Shown: in pieces, positions 30,779-42,741 of the stretch | How the letters are laid out: the number at the start of each line of letters is the position of its first letter | How positions within the stretch are numbered: the stretch's first letter is position 1 | Origin: a virus | Taxonomy: Duplodnaviria; Caudoviricetes | Direction: 5' to 3' (one strand) | IMG/VR virus record: IMGVR_UViG_3300031992_000077 | Span: 1-64,000 of that record | Length of the DNA stretch: 64,000 nt | Notes under the pieces: generated by a model | Told to the model about the DNA's origin: nothing | Databases searched by the model: none | What the model saw: the letters and a program-made list of their open reading frames with translations, nothing else | Translations under genes and position numbers: made by a program

Positions 30779-31820
30779 AGAAATAATTAATAATTTAAAA
30801 CCTGAAGCTATAATAAGTTTAATGGAAAAACTTGGGGTAAATAGGTATTTAGATAGAGGAGATTATATTATTTTTCCAACTATATGCCATAATATAGATG
30901 TAGAAGAAGCTTCTATGAAATTATATTATTATAAAAATACTCATCTTTTTGTTTGTTATACTAATTGCGAAAGTATGAGTATTTTTAAATTTTTAAAAGA
31001 ATATTATGACACTAGAAATATTACATATAATTGGTATGATGATATTTATAAAGTTGTATTAAATTGCTCTTCTTTTAAACCAATAGAAGGTTTTGAAACA
31101 GCTAAATATAATAAATTAAGTGATAAATATAGGAAACGCAAACAAGAACAAGTATTAGAAGTATATCCAAATGGGTTAATAGATATTTTCGTAAAGAAAT
31201 ATCCTATAGAATGGATAGAAGATGGAATTAGCAAAGAAGCGATGGATAAATATAATATTCGTTTCTCTATTCCACAAAACAAAATAATAATTCCACATTA
31301 TAATATTTATAATGAATTAATTGGAATTAGAGGGCGCGCGCTCGATCCAGAAGAAGTAGAAACTGTAGGTAAATACATGCCAGTACAAATAGAAGGCAAA
31401 TGGTATGCGCATCCTTTAAGTATGAATTTATATGGATTAAATCATAATAAAAATAACATAAAAAAATATGGAATTTGCTATATTGGAGAAGCAGAGAAAT
31501 TTGTATTACAAATGGAAAGCTTTAATTTTCCTAATTGTAGTGTGGCAGTATGCGGAAGCCAATTTAATAAATATCAATTAAGTTTATTATTAAAAACTTG
31601 CACTCCAAGAGAAATTGTAATCTGCTTTGATAAAGAAGAAAAGCCAGGAGAAGACAAATATTTTAATAAATTATATAATATGTGTAGCAAATATAAAAAT
31701 TATTGTAATATGAGCTTTATATATGATACAAGAAATTTATTAAAATTAAAAGAAAGTCCAACTGATTGTGGGCAAAAAGTATTTGAAGAATTATTGAGAA
31801 GGAGAGTTTTTGTGAAGTGA
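30768..31820 (+). CDS. dnaG: DNA primase (Zn finger + TOPRIM)
   Basis: ICHN...CYTNC, IIIPH, GIRGR, LYGL, EAEK, CFDKE; no TAG. Confidence 0.8.
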   Translation: MDYKEIINNLKPEAIISLMEKLGVNRYLDRGDYIIFPTICHNIDVEEASMKLYYYKNTHLFVCYTNCESMSIFKFLKEYYDTRNITYNWYDDIYKVVLNCSSFKPIEGFETAKYNKLSDKYRKRKQEQVLEVYPNGLIDIFVKKYPIEWIEDGISKEAMDKYNIRFSIPQNKIIIPHYNIYNELIGIRGRALDPEEVETVGKYMPVQIEGKWYAHPLSMNLYGLNHNKNNIKKYGICYIGEAEKFVLQMESFNFPNCSVAVCGSQFNKYQLSLLLKTCTPREIVICFDKEEKPGEDKYFNKLYNMCSKYKNYCNMSFIYDTRNLLKLKESPTDCGQKVFEELLRRRVFVK

Positions 31821-33559
31821 AGTATAGAGTAAAAGAGACAACAAATATTAAAAATAATTATGGAATAGGAGTACTTAGCGCGCGAGGCGTAGAAGATATA
31901 CAACACTTTTTAAATCCAACGGCAGAGCATTCATTACAAGATTTTAAAGATTTAGATGATATGTTCGATGCCGTAGAAATATTCGTAGCTGCATTAGATT
32001 GTGATACTCCTAAATTTGCGTTGGTAGTAGACTGTGATGTTGATGGGTTCACATCTGCTGCGATTCTATATCAATATATAAAAGATATAAAGCCAGAAGC
32101 TGAAATAGACTACTACTTACATAGCGGCAAACAGCATGGATTATCAGATTTGTGTGATATTATTATTGACAAAGATGACCATTATACGCTCTGTCTTGTA
32201 CCCGATGCCGGCAGTAATGATTATGAATTTATTGAAAGATTAGGAGAACTATCTTCTCCTACGCTCATTCTCGACCATCATATTATAGAAGATACTACAA
32301 AAATTAGTGATTGGTGCGTAATTGTAAATAATCAAAACTCTCCGAAATATAAAAATAAAGATTTATCAGGCGCGGGAGTTACATATCAATTTTGTCGCGC
32401 GCTTGATTGGAGGCTTGGAAAGAATTTTGCAGATAAATATATCGACCTCGCTGCACTTGGTATTTGCGCGGATATGATGAGCGCGCTATCTGAAGAAAAC
32501 CAATATTTTTGGAAAGAAGGATTTTCTCATATTAATAATTTCTTTTTCCAAACTCTCTGCACAAAGCAAGAGTATTCAATGGGCGGGGTTATTAATCCTA
32601 CTACAGTAGCTTTCTATATTGTACCTATGATTAATGCTATGATTCGCGTCGGTTCAATGGATGAAAAAGATAGGTTGTTTCGTGCATTTATAAACGGGAA
32701 AGAGAAAGTACCTAGTAATAAGCGTGGCGCGAAAGGTACAATGGAATATGTTGCTGTAGAAAGCGCGCGAGAATGCACTAATGCGAAAGCACATCAAGAT
32801 AAAGAAAAACAAGCTATTGTAGATAGATTAAAAATTAAGATTAGTAATAATGATTTGTTAGATAATAAGGTTTTATTTATTCGGCTTGAAGACGATGATG
32901 ATTTTCCTGCGGAACTTAATGGGCTGGTTGCGATGCAACTTTCTACCCTTTATAATCGTCCTACTATTGTAGCCAGATTAAATAGCGAAGGATTTGTACG
33001 TGGTAGTGCGCGCGGTCTTAACCAAAGCGAACTTACATCATTTAAAGATTTCTTAAATAACACTAAACTTTTTGAATATACAATGGGCCATGATAATGCG
33101 TTCGGTATTTCAATTAAGAATTCTGATTTAGCTAAATTTCATAAGATAGCTAATGAAGAACTCGCGCAGTATGATTTTGGAGAGAACGTATATGATGTAG
33201 ATTTTGAGCGTGAAGCTTATGCGACAGATATAAAAACTATTATTTTTGATTTAGCGCAATATACAGATGTATGGGGTTAGATGTGTCCCGAACCAGTCAT
33301 CGCAGTAAAAGATTTGGTAGTGCGCGCGAGCGATGTACAGATTATAGGTAAAAATAAAGATACATTAAAAATTAGTAAGAACGGAATTACTTATATTAAA
33401 TTTTTTGCGAAAGATTTAATTAGTGAAATTTCTAAATATAACGAAATGCAGCTTGTTATTGTTGGTACTGCGAATGTAAATGAGTGGATGGGCAATGTAA
33501 CGCCGCAGATTCTTATTAAAGATATAGATATAAAGGAAATTACAAATTTAAGCTTTTGA
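31817..33559 (+). CDS. recJ: RecJ-like ssDNA exonuclease, 580 aa, 1 TAG
   Basis: DCDVDG, PDAG, LDHH, DLSGAGV, RGSARG, GHDNAFG; WG(TAG)MCPEP corresponds to the RecJ FGQGNPEP motif. Confidence 0.9.
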
Positions 33560-33561
33560 AC

Positions 33562-33590
33562 TTGAAAAAGTTTTAAAATTATGATATAAT
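33562..33590 (+). promoter_or_regulatory. sigmaA-type promoter for dnaE
   Basis: TTGAAA-17 nt-TATAAT preceded by TGA. Confidence 0.8.
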
Positions 33591-33621
33591 ATAATTAGAA
33601 ATAAAATGAAAGGAGAGATAG

Positions 33622-36600
33622 ATGGAATATACAGGCAGTATTCATACGCATACGGATTATAGCAATATTCGTCTTAGGGACTGTATCATCAAGCTAGAAG
33701 ACGGAATTGCGTATGCAGAAAAGCTTGGACATAAAGTAATTGGTATAACTGACCATGAGTTTACTGGTTCTTGGGTCAAAGCAAAAAGAATAGCAAAAAA
33801 ACATCCAGATATTAAAGTTATACTTGGTAATGAAATCTATCTTTGTCGTAATGGTTTAAACGCGCAAAATTATAATAGAGAGTATGATAGATATTATCAT
33901 TTTATACTTTTGGCAAAAGATCGAATCGGCGCGCGGCAAATAATGGAAATATCTACACGAGCTTGGAAGCGTTCTTATATGGCGCGAGGTATGCGTAGAG
34001 TTACGACATATTACCAAGATTTGTTTGATATAATTGGTACTAATCCTGGTCACGTGATTGGTAGTACTGCTTGTTTAGGCGGCGCGCTGCCAACACAATT
34101 ACTACGTTATAGGGATAGTAATAACGAAATATTGAAGGAAAAGATCGCTATTTGGATAGAACAAATGAACGGTCTTTTTGGTGATGGTAATTTTTATTTA
34201 GAACTTCAACCAAGTAAAAATAAAGACCAAATTTATGTAAATCAAAGATTATTAGATATATCTAACGCAACAGGCATACCGTATATCATTACGACTGACT
34301 CTCATTATCTTAAAAAAGAAGACCGTATTATTCATAAATCTTATCTTAATGCGCAAAATGGTGATAGAGAAGTTGATGAGTTCTATGCAACAACTTATAT
34401 GATGGGAACAGAAGAATTAGAAAGTTTTTTTAAATATTTATCGCGCGAACAGCTCGATAAAGCATATCAAAACATCCAAGATATAGCTGATAAATGTGAA
34501 GAATATTCTCTTGAGAAGCCGTTGCGTATTCCTAACTTAAAGTGGAAATCAATTGAAAAAGAACCAGATGCTTGGGGATATGAAGAAATGTGTATGAAAA
34601 TCCCAATGCTTTGGACTTTTGCAGAATCTCCATATGAATCTGATAGATATTTGGTAAAAGCAGTAGTGCATGGTATTGATATACATCCAGACCTTCAAAG
34701 CCAAGAAGCATATGATGAAATTAATGCATGTCTTGAAGATACGTGGGTTTCATCAAATGTCAATAATGCAAGATGGAGCGCATATTATCTTAATCTTCAG
34801 CGTATTATTGATGTATGTTGGGAAGCTGATAGTATCGTAGGTCCAGGGCGTGGGTCCGGCGTAGGATTCATATTATTGTATGTATTGGGTATAACACAGA
34901 TTAATCCTATGCGTGAAAAGACTAAAACGTATAGATGGAGATTTTTGAATCCCGCGCGAGTATCAGTACTTGATGTCGATTTTGATATTGAAGGTTCAAA
35001 ACGCGCGCAAGTATTATCTAAATTTAGAGAAGTCTATGGCGAAGATTATGTAGCAAATGTAGCAACTTTTAGAACTGAGAAGTCTAAATCTGCTATATTA
35101 ACTGCGGCACGTGGTTTAGGTATTGATGTAGACATCGCGCAGTATATTGCAAGTCTTATCCCCGCAGACAGAGGATTATTGCGGAGTCTTGACCAGTGTA
35201 TGTATGGCGATGTGGAAAATAATTTTAGTCCAATAAAACAATTCGTTTATGAAATGACTGAGAATTATCCAGAACTTTGGCAAGTTGCGCATGGAATTGA
35301 AGGTTTAATTTGCGGTAGTGGCATTCATGCAGGTGGAGTTATTTTTGTAGATGAGCCATTCACGGAATCTACTGCATTGATGCGCGCGCCCGATGGTACG
35401 ATTTGCACACAATTTGAATTGCATGATAGCGAAGCAGTTTCTCTGATTAAATATGACGCTTTATCGGTTGAAGCGATGGATAAAATTCATAATTGTATTA
35501 ATCTTTTGTGCGATTATGGATATGCAGAACGAAAAAATAGTTTAAAAGAAACTTACGAAAATATAATAGGTATATATAATATAGAGCGGGACGCGCCAGA
35601 TATGTGGAAAATGGTTTGGAATCATGAGATTCAATCTCTATTTCAAATGGAAAAACAATCTGGTATAGCAGGTATCGCGCTCTTAAAGCCCACATCTGTA
35701 GACGACTTGGCGACTTTGAACTCTGTTATTCGTTTGATGGCGCAAGAAAAAGGTGGCGAAATGCCAACGAATAAACTCGCGCGATTTAAAGCGAATCCAG
35801 AACTGTGGGATAAAGAGATGGAGAATTGGGGTTTAAATAGTGATGAACGCGCGATCCTTCATAAAGAACTTGATACATCTTATGGTATTTGTGAATCACA
35901 AGAAGGATTTATGCAGCTAGTACAAACTCCGGAATGCGGTGGATTCGATTTGACATGGGCAGACAGATTACGTAAAAGTATTGCTAAAAAGAATCCAAAA
36001 GAGTTTGACCAACTTACGGAAGAATACTATCAAAATATAAAAGATAAGAATTTAAGTCGAAATCTTTGTGATTATGTATGGAAAGTTCTTGTTGCATATA
36101 GTCGCGGCTATGGATTCAATAAATCTCATACTCTCGCATATAGCCTTATTGCTTTACAAGAAATGAATCTTGCATATAAATATCCTATTATTTTTTGGAA
36201 CTGTGCGTGTCTAATTAACGACGCGGGCGGAGACGAAACAACAGATGATGAAGAAAGTAACTTTGAGGAACCGGTGGAAGTTTCTTGGAACAATGAAATA
36301 GAAGATTTTATATTAGATTCAGAAGACGAAGATGATGATGATGACGACGAAGAAGAAGTAAAGGATAAAAAGAAAAAGAAAGCTAAGAAAATTAACTATG
36401 GTAAGATAAGTAGCGCGATTGGAAAGATGAAAATGGAAGGGATTAATATTTCTCCTCCCGATATTAATAAATCTATCTTTACTTTCTCACCCGACCCAGA
36501 AAGGAATATTATTCGTTATGGCCTTAGCGGAATTACTGGTTTAGGTGATGACGCAATTAAAGAAATAATTAGTAATCGCCCATATACTTCTTTGCAAGAT

Positions 36601-37593
36601 TTGCTTGCTAAAGTAAAACTTAAAAAACCGCAAGTAATTAATCTTATTAAAGCTGGCGCGTTTGATGAGTTTGGTGACAGATATAATTTAATGGAATCTT
36701 ATATTGAAACTATTTGTGATGCAAAGAAACGAATAACTTTACAAAATATGCAAATGATGATTAATTTTAATATGATTCCAGACGCGTATGCTTTTCAAGT
36801 TAAAGTATTTAATTTTAATAAATATCTAAAGAAGTGCAAGTTTGATAATAAATTTTATTTCTTAGATGAATTTAGTTTCCCTTTTTATGAAGAAAATTTT
36901 GATATAGATTTATTAGAAAATAGAGATAATATATTCTTTCTTCCGATATTAAAATGGGATAATATTTATCAAAAGCAAATGGATATTATTCGTCCATGGA
37001 TAAAGAAAAATGCAGACGAATTATTAAAAACTTTAAATGGATATTTAATGGGCGAAACTTGGAATAAATATTGTTTAGGTTCTATCTCTAAATGGGAAAT
37101 GGATAGTACATCTTGTTACTTCCACGCGCATGAACTTAGTAAAATAGATTATGATTGGTATGGATTTAGCGACTTTTTTGAATTGCCACTTACTCCAGAA
37201 ATAGAAAGTCAAATAAGAATTAAGAATAAACTTATTCCTATTTTTAGATTAAGTAGAATCTGCGGAACTGTATTAGATAGAGATAAAAATAAAAAAACTG
37301 TAACAGTTCTCACACCTAGTGGTGTAGTTACAGTAAAAATTTATGGTGATGCATTCACACACTATGATAGACAGATAAGTGAACGAGGGGCTGATGGCAA
37401 GAAGCATGTAATTGAAAAGTCTTGGTTTAGTAGAGGCCGAAAAATAATTGTAACTGGTATTCGTCAAGAAGATGGATTCTTAGCTAAAAAATATAGCCGA
37501 ACCCCATTTCATTTGGTTGAACTTATAACTAATATTAATGAAGATGGAACTATTGATTCTTGCGGTGAACGTATGGAGGTTACAGAACATTGA
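33622..37593 (+). CDS. dnaE: DNA polymerase III alpha subunit (family C)
   Basis: PHP motifs HTHTDYS, TDH and TDSHY; GPGRGSG, FLNPAR, LDVDFD, HAGG, KYDALS, YGFNKSH; 1323 aa with no TAG. Confidence 0.97.
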   Translation: MEYTGSIHTHTDYSNIRLRDCIIKLEDGIAYAEKLGHKVIGITDHEFTGSWVKAKRIAKKHPDIKVILGNEIYLCRNGLNAQNYNREYDRYYHFILLAKDRIGARQIMEISTRAWKRSYMARGMRRVTTYYQDLFDIIGTNPGHVIGSTACLGGALPTQLLRYRDSNNEILKEKIAIWIEQMNGLFGDGNFYLELQPSKNKDQIYVNQRLLDISNATGIPYIITTDSHYLKKEDRIIHKSYLNAQNGDREVDEFYATTYMMGTEELESFFKYLSREQLDKAYQNIQDIADKCEEYSLEKPLRIPNLKWKSIEKEPDAWGYEEMCMKIPMLWTFAESPYESDRYLVKAVVHGIDIHPDLQSQEAYDEINACLEDTWVSSNVNNARWSAYYLNLQRIIDVCWEADSIVGPGRGSGVGFILLYVLGITQINPMREKTKTYRWRFLNPARVSVLDVDFDIEGSKRAQVLSKFREVYGEDYVANVATFRTEKSKSAILTAARGLGIDVDIAQYIASLIPADRGLLRSLDQCMYGDVENNFSPIKQFVYEMTENYPELWQVAHGIEGLICGSGIHAGGVIFVDEPFTESTALMRAPDGTICTQFELHDSEAVSLIKYDALSVEAMDKIHNCINLLCDYGYAERKNSLKETYENIIGIYNIERDAPDMWKMVWNHEIQSLFQMEKQSGIAGIALLKPTSVDDLATLNSVIRLMAQEKGGEMPTNKLARFKANPELWDKEMENWGLNSDERAILHKELDTSYGICESQEGFMQLVQTPECGGFDLTWADRLRKSIAKKNPKEFDQLTEEYYQNIKDKNLSRNLCDYVWKVLVAYSRGYGFNKSHTLAYSLIALQEMNLAYKYPIIFWNCACLINDAGGDETTDDEESNFEEPVEVSWNNEIEDFILDSEDEDDDDDDEEEVKDKKKKKAKKINYGKISSAIGKMKMEGINISPPDINKSIFTFSPDPERNIIRYGLSGITGLGDDAIKEIISNRPYTSLQDLLAKVKLKKPQVINLIKAGAFDEFGDRYNLMESYIETICDAKKRITLQNMQMMINFNMIPDAYAFQVKVFNFNKYLKKCKFDNKFYFLDEFSFPFYEENFDIDLLENRDNIFFLPILKWDNIYQKQMDIIRPWIKKNADELLKTLNGYLMGETWNKYCLGSISKWEMDSTSCYFHAHELSKIDYDWYGFSDFFELPLTPEIESQIRIKNKLIPIFRLSRICGTVLDRDKNKKTVTVLTPSGVVTVKIYGDAFTHYDRQISERGADGKKHVIEKSWFSRGRKIIVTGIRQEDGFLAKKYSRTPFHLVELITNINEDGTIDSCGERMEVTEH

Positions 37594-38663
37594 TAATTGG
37601 TTTATGGGATGCAGATTTTATGAAATATAAGTAGCCAGTTTTCAATTTAGAGCTTATGAAACTGGCTACTTATTATAAATAGAAAAAAGATATAGTTAAA
37701 TTAGCCCCAGTATTAGACCCATATAAATATACAAAATTTATTTATCGTAAAGATTGGGATGATGGAGATTATCCTAAAGAAATTTTTTTAGATAATGTGA
37801 CCTACGGCGGGCGCGCCTTTGGAGAAAAATATAAATCATTAGGTATAAATATAGAATCTGTAACACCAGATACATATTTATATTAGAGTTTTATTAATGA
37901 ATTTCATGGTGCGCAATTAAATCATTTTAAAATGATGTAGAATTCAGCCCATATTAGACTTTCATTAGATGGGGAAACTATTTGGAAAGATTATAATAAA
38001 AGTTTTAATTTTACTAATACAACACGTAGTTTTTTCTTTCATGATTATGATTTGAATAAAATATAGAATAGTGCAGAAGAAATAAAAAAAATAATTGAAA
38101 GTGACGGCAGTAAAGTTAGTCGAGTTGTTGGTATGAAATTTCCAGTATAGGTTAATAATGAGATAGATTTGGCTCGGTGGCTAGCATTACCAGGCGCGCA
38201 AGTATACTATTCAATTTAGTATAATGGGATTATGAATGATAAAGCTTTTTAGGTCTTTTTGTCAGGAAGTAAATTATAGAGCCGTAACTTAGACTATATT
38301 GTAACTTCTTCACTATCGGGAGAGGATGATTTTGTCAAGAACGGACTACCAATAATTTATAAATAGCTCTTAATTTCATAGATGCATAAAAAAAGAATTT
38401 TACTTAAATATGAAGATGATTTTTTCTAGGATAAAAGATGGGAAGATTTAATTACTTATTTCAATGAATATAATTCAGCAGATGTTACGCGTAAATTTTC
38501 AAAAACATTATTTTACTATACTAGCCATATTTTAGATAAATAGTCTATATATAAACCTAAATTTTCACGAGACTACATAGCTGAACTCTTTGAGATGGTA
38601 AGAGAGAAAAATTATGATGTTTTTAAAATGTTTTATGAAAATATAGGAGGAGATTTTATATGA
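37590..38663 (+). CDS. Hypothetical protein with radical-SAM-associated N-terminus but no Cys cluster motif, 357 aa, 13 TAG
   Basis: TTG start with GGAGG RBS; IGLWDAD...NLELMKLATYYK(TAG)KKDIV; frame traced to TGA 38661. Confidence 0.7.
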
Positions 38664-38863
38664 CAAATTTAGAAATCAAACAAAGGATTGATAGCAATAA
38701 TAAAATAATACAAGATGCTTTTAGTCCTAATCAATTTGTTCTTAATAATGTAATAAAAAATTTATTGAAGGAGAATGAAGACCTTCAAAAACAATGCACG
38801 CATAGCTTTGTTGATGGCTATTGTGAATATTGTTATATGGAGGAACCAAAAGAAGATGATTAA
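38660..38863 (+). CDS. Hypothetical protein with C-terminal Cys/His motif
   Basis: CTH...CEYC; GGAGG RBS. Confidence 0.65.
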   Translation: MTNLEIKQRIDSNNKIIQDAFSPNQFVLNNVIKNLLKENEDLQKQCTHSFVDGYCEYCYMEEPKEDD

Positions 38864-39053
38864 AATGTATAGCACTCATTGTCCGAAATGTAAAGTTCTT
38901 TCAATGAAACTTGCACAAAAAGGAATTGATTTTACTGAAATTGATGATATGGAAGAAATGCAAAATCTTGGTTTGAAAAGCGCCCCAGCACTTAATATAG
39001 ATGGCAAGATTTTAGATTTTAACGCGGCGATTGCGTGGGTAAGGGAGCAGTAA
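38856..39053 (+). CDS. Glutaredoxin/NrdH-like redoxin
   Basis: MYSTHCPKC, SAPAL, IDGK; directly upstream of nrdD. Confidence 0.8.
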   Translation: MIKMYSTHCPKCKVLSMKLAQKGIDFTEIDDMEEMQNLGLKSAPALNIDGKILDFNAAIAWVREQ

Positions 39054-39054
39054 T

Positions 39055-40977
39055 ATGAATATTAATATTAGACTTGATAAAAATTTTACTACACAATTTA
39101 ATAAACTTCAAGAAAAATACGGAGAAGAATTCGCTAAACTTAATGGCTTAAGTGATGAATAGCTTTCCTATACAGACTTTATTTCTAATTTTATTGAATC
39201 TGAGACTGTAGCCGATGCATCTGTGGATAGTAATGCTAATGTAGGTCATAAAGATATTGTGACACTACTTAATGAAATGCCTAAACCGCATAGAAAACTT
39301 TTGGCTCTTCGTAAGATTTATTATGAAATGAATAAGACTTATGGTTTTAAAGTGGCCAATGATTGGCTTGAAAAAGAATGGTCGCGCGCGCTTTATATGC
39401 ATGATGCTGATACTTCTACTTTTAAACCATATTGTTATGCTTACGACCTTAAAGATTTGGCAGAACGTGGTTTATTCTTTCTTGAAGGTTTTAATGCAGA
39501 ACCTCCAAAGCATTTGGGTACTTTTATTGACTTTGTAAAAGAATTCATTAGCTATAATGCCAATAGAACATCTGGTGCTTGTGGTTTACCTAATCTTATT
39601 CCTTATATGTACTATTTTTGGAGCCGTGATGTAAAAAATAATTATTATACTCGCGACCCAGAAAGCTATGCAAGACAACATATTCAGCGCTTTATCTATG
39701 CAGTAAATCAGCCATGCGTGCGTGATGGTATGCAGAGCGCGTTTACTAATACCTCTATTTTTGACCATGAATATTTAATGGCGCTTTTCGGCGGTTCAAT
39801 TTTCCCTGACGGTTCATTTATGGTTGATGAAATTGAAGGAATTATGGATTTCCAAAAACTTTTTATGGAAGTTATGAGCGAGATTCGTGAACATAATATG
39901 TTTACTTTCCCAGTGAATACTATTTCACTTCTTAAAGTAAATGGTGAGTTTAAAGATGAAGAATTCGCACGTTGGGCCTGTAAACATAATATGAAATGGA
40001 GTGATAGCAATATTTTTGCAGACAGTAGTGTTAATTCTCTTTCTAATTGTTGTCGTTTAAAGAGCAATATTGAAGATTTGGGTTATTTTAATTCGATTGG
40101 CTCTACTGCGCTTCGTGTTGGTAGCGTAAAGGTATCTACTATTAATCTCGCGCGCCTTGCTTATGAAAATAAGACAGAAAAAGAATATCTTAAAGCTCTT
40201 CAAGAAATTACGGAACTTAATCTTAAAGCGCTCGATTGCGTCCGCCATATTATTCAGCGCAATATTGAGAAAGGACTTCTTCCTAATTACTGCGATGGCT
40301 TAATTGATATTAATACACAATATAATACTATTGGTGTACTTGGCATTTATGAAACTATGCGCGCGTTTGGATATACAAAACAAGACGAATTTGGCAACAC
40401 TTATTATACCGAAGATGCTTATAAATTTGGAGAAAAAATCTTTAAAGTCATTCATAATACTAAAGACCTTTTTAATATTGATAAAGATTATAGGATTAAT
40501 CTAGAGGCGGTTCCCGCGGAGCAGGCTGCGGTAAAAATGCAAAAAGCAGATGAAATGTTATATCCTGAAGTAGTAATAAAAGATTTGCCTTTATATGGTA
40601 ATCAATTCCTCCCACTTGGTATTAAAGCAACTCTTCAAGAACGAGTCCGTATTGCTAGCACTTTTGATAATTATTGTAATGGCGGTTCTATTTTACACGT
40701 AAATATTGAAGCACCATTTACTAATTTCAATCAAGCCTGGAAGATGTTAAATTATATCACAGATGCAGGCGTTACTTATTTTGCTTTCACAACAAAAATA
40801 CAAGCTTGTAAAAATAACCATGCTTTCTTTGGAAAAGTTTGCCCAGTATGCGGTGAACCAGTAGCTACAGAATATAGTCGTATAGTAGGATTTTATACTC
40901 CAGTTCGTACCTATTCAAAAGAGCGCAAAGCTGAATGGCAGATGCGTGAGTGGGAGAATGTAAATAATGAAAATTAA
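39055..40977 (+). CDS. nrdD: Anaerobic (class III) ribonucleoside-triphosphate reductase, 1 TAG at 39160
   Basis: TFPVNT, NCCRL, STINLARLA, EAVPAE, GGSI, CPVCG, SRIVGFY (glycyl radical site). Confidence 0.92.
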
Positions 40978-41473
40978 ATATTTAGTTGAAGAAGATTTTG
41001 TCAATTATAAAAAACCTTCACTATTTATTGGTTTTCCTGCTTGTACATTTAAATGCGGCGAAATGAATTGTTAGAATAGTTCATTGGCACATGCCGAAGA
41101 TATTGAGATTTCTAAAGAGGACATTTGTGAAAGATATATTAAAAATGAGATTACTGAAGCTTTTGTATTTGGTGGGCTAGAACCTTTTGATAGTTTTATG
41201 GATTTAATAAGTCTTATAGATTGTATTAGGAATAAATATAATATAGAAGATGATATTGTAATTTATACTGGATATACAAAAGAAGAATTAAAAAAAGGTC
41301 AGTTCGGAAAAGATAATGAAATATCAAGAATTAATTATAAATATTTAACAGATACATATAAAAATATTATAATTAAATTTGGTCGCTATTATCCAAATCA
41401 AAGCGCGCATTTTGACAAAGTTCTTGGTGTAAATCTTATAAGTGATAATCAATATGCGGAGAAAGTATCATAA
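40967..41473 (+). CDS. nrdG: Anaerobic RNR activase (radical SAM), 1 TAG
   Basis: [10 protein letters not shown](TAG)N, GGLEPF, VIYTGY, SDNQ. Confidence 0.88.
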
Positions 41474-42705
41474 TGGAAAATATTAGAGAATTAGATAATT
41501 TTATTAATTCAACTCTTGAATTTGAACATGGATATCTTGCGAAGATATTAGAATTAGAAGAAGAGCGCCAAAATAGAAACATTGAGTTAATTGCAAGTGA
41601 AAATTATACTTCAGATGCCGTTCGTGCGGCAATGGCTTCTTGCCTTACTAATAAATACGCAGAAGGATATAGCGGCAATAGATTTTATGGCGGTTGTGAA
41701 TATATTGATAAAATAGAAGATTGCTGTAAATAGACTTGGTAGAAAGTATTTAATACAAACTATAGTGTAAATGTATAGCCACATAGCGGAACACAAGCCA
41801 ATCTCGCGGTTTACAATGCATTACTAAATCCAGGGGATACAATATTGTCTCTAAATTTAAACAGCGGCGGGCATCTGTCTCATGGCTCTTTGGCCAATTT
41901 AAGCGGAAAAATTTATGATGTATATTATTATAATTTAGATAAAAATGGCTATATTGATACTGTAAATATGGTAGAATGCCTTAAAAAATATCATCCAAAA
42001 TTGGTTATTGCTGGCGCATCAGCATACCCGAGACAAATTTATTTTTCTAATATTAAAAAAATATTAGAAATTTTTGCTGATAATGAATCAATAGAATAGC
42101 CATATTTTATGGTTGATATGGCGCATATCGCTGGTTTAGTCGCAACTGGCTTTCACCCTTCTCCCTTTGGGTACGCAGATGTAATTACAACCACAACGCA
42201 TAAAACCTTGCGCGGACCACGTGGAGGATTAATTTTTTGTAAACCAGAATTAGAAAAGAAAATTAATAGCGCAGTATTCCCAGGTATGCAAGGTGGACCG
42301 CTAGAACATGTTATTCTTGCTAAAGCAGTCTGCGCGGAAGAGTGTTTATAGCCAAATTATAAGGAATATATAAATTAGGTTATATTAAACGCGGCGGCTA
42401 TGGCAAACGAATTTAAAAATAATGGATATGATTTAGTTAGTAATGGCACAGATACGCATTTATTTTTAATTGATTTTTCTAAAACACACCCGAATCTTAC
42501 AGGGCGCGCCGTGTAGGAAGAATTAGATAAATATAATATTACATTAAATAAAAATTGTGTACCTAATGAAAAGCGAAGTCCTTATTTAACTAGTGGTATT
42601 CGTATTGGAACACCGGCTATGACGACACGCGGCTGGAAAGAAGAAGACTTTATTAAATGCGCCAATTATATAGATAACATAATAAAAAATTTGACTAATA
42701 AATAA
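41473..42705 (+). CDS. glyA: Serine hydroxymethyltransferase, 410 aa, 7 TAG
   Basis: LIASEN, NKYAEGY, YGG, NV(TAG)[45 protein letters not shown]. Confidence 0.95.
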
Positions 42706-42719
42706 AAATATGATATAAT
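42691..42719 (+). promoter_or_regulatory. sigmaA-type promoter
   Basis: TTGACT-17 nt-TATAAT preceded by TGA; overlaps the end of glyA. Confidence 0.75.
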
Positions 42720-42741
42720 ATAAATAGTGAGGAGGAATACT

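Noticed and set aside
21305-40504. Antisense and alternate-frame ORFs in the track (e.g. 21305, 23934, 24741, 27017, 31046, 39708)
   Set aside because: They are shadows of well-supported genes, lack RBS and show no recognisable motifs.
20867-40977. Inteins or self-splicing introns in gyrB, gyrA, dnaB, dnaE or nrdD
   Set aside because: Lengths are typical, there are no C/S...HN splice junctions or LAGLIDADG blocks, and the reading frames are uninterrupted.
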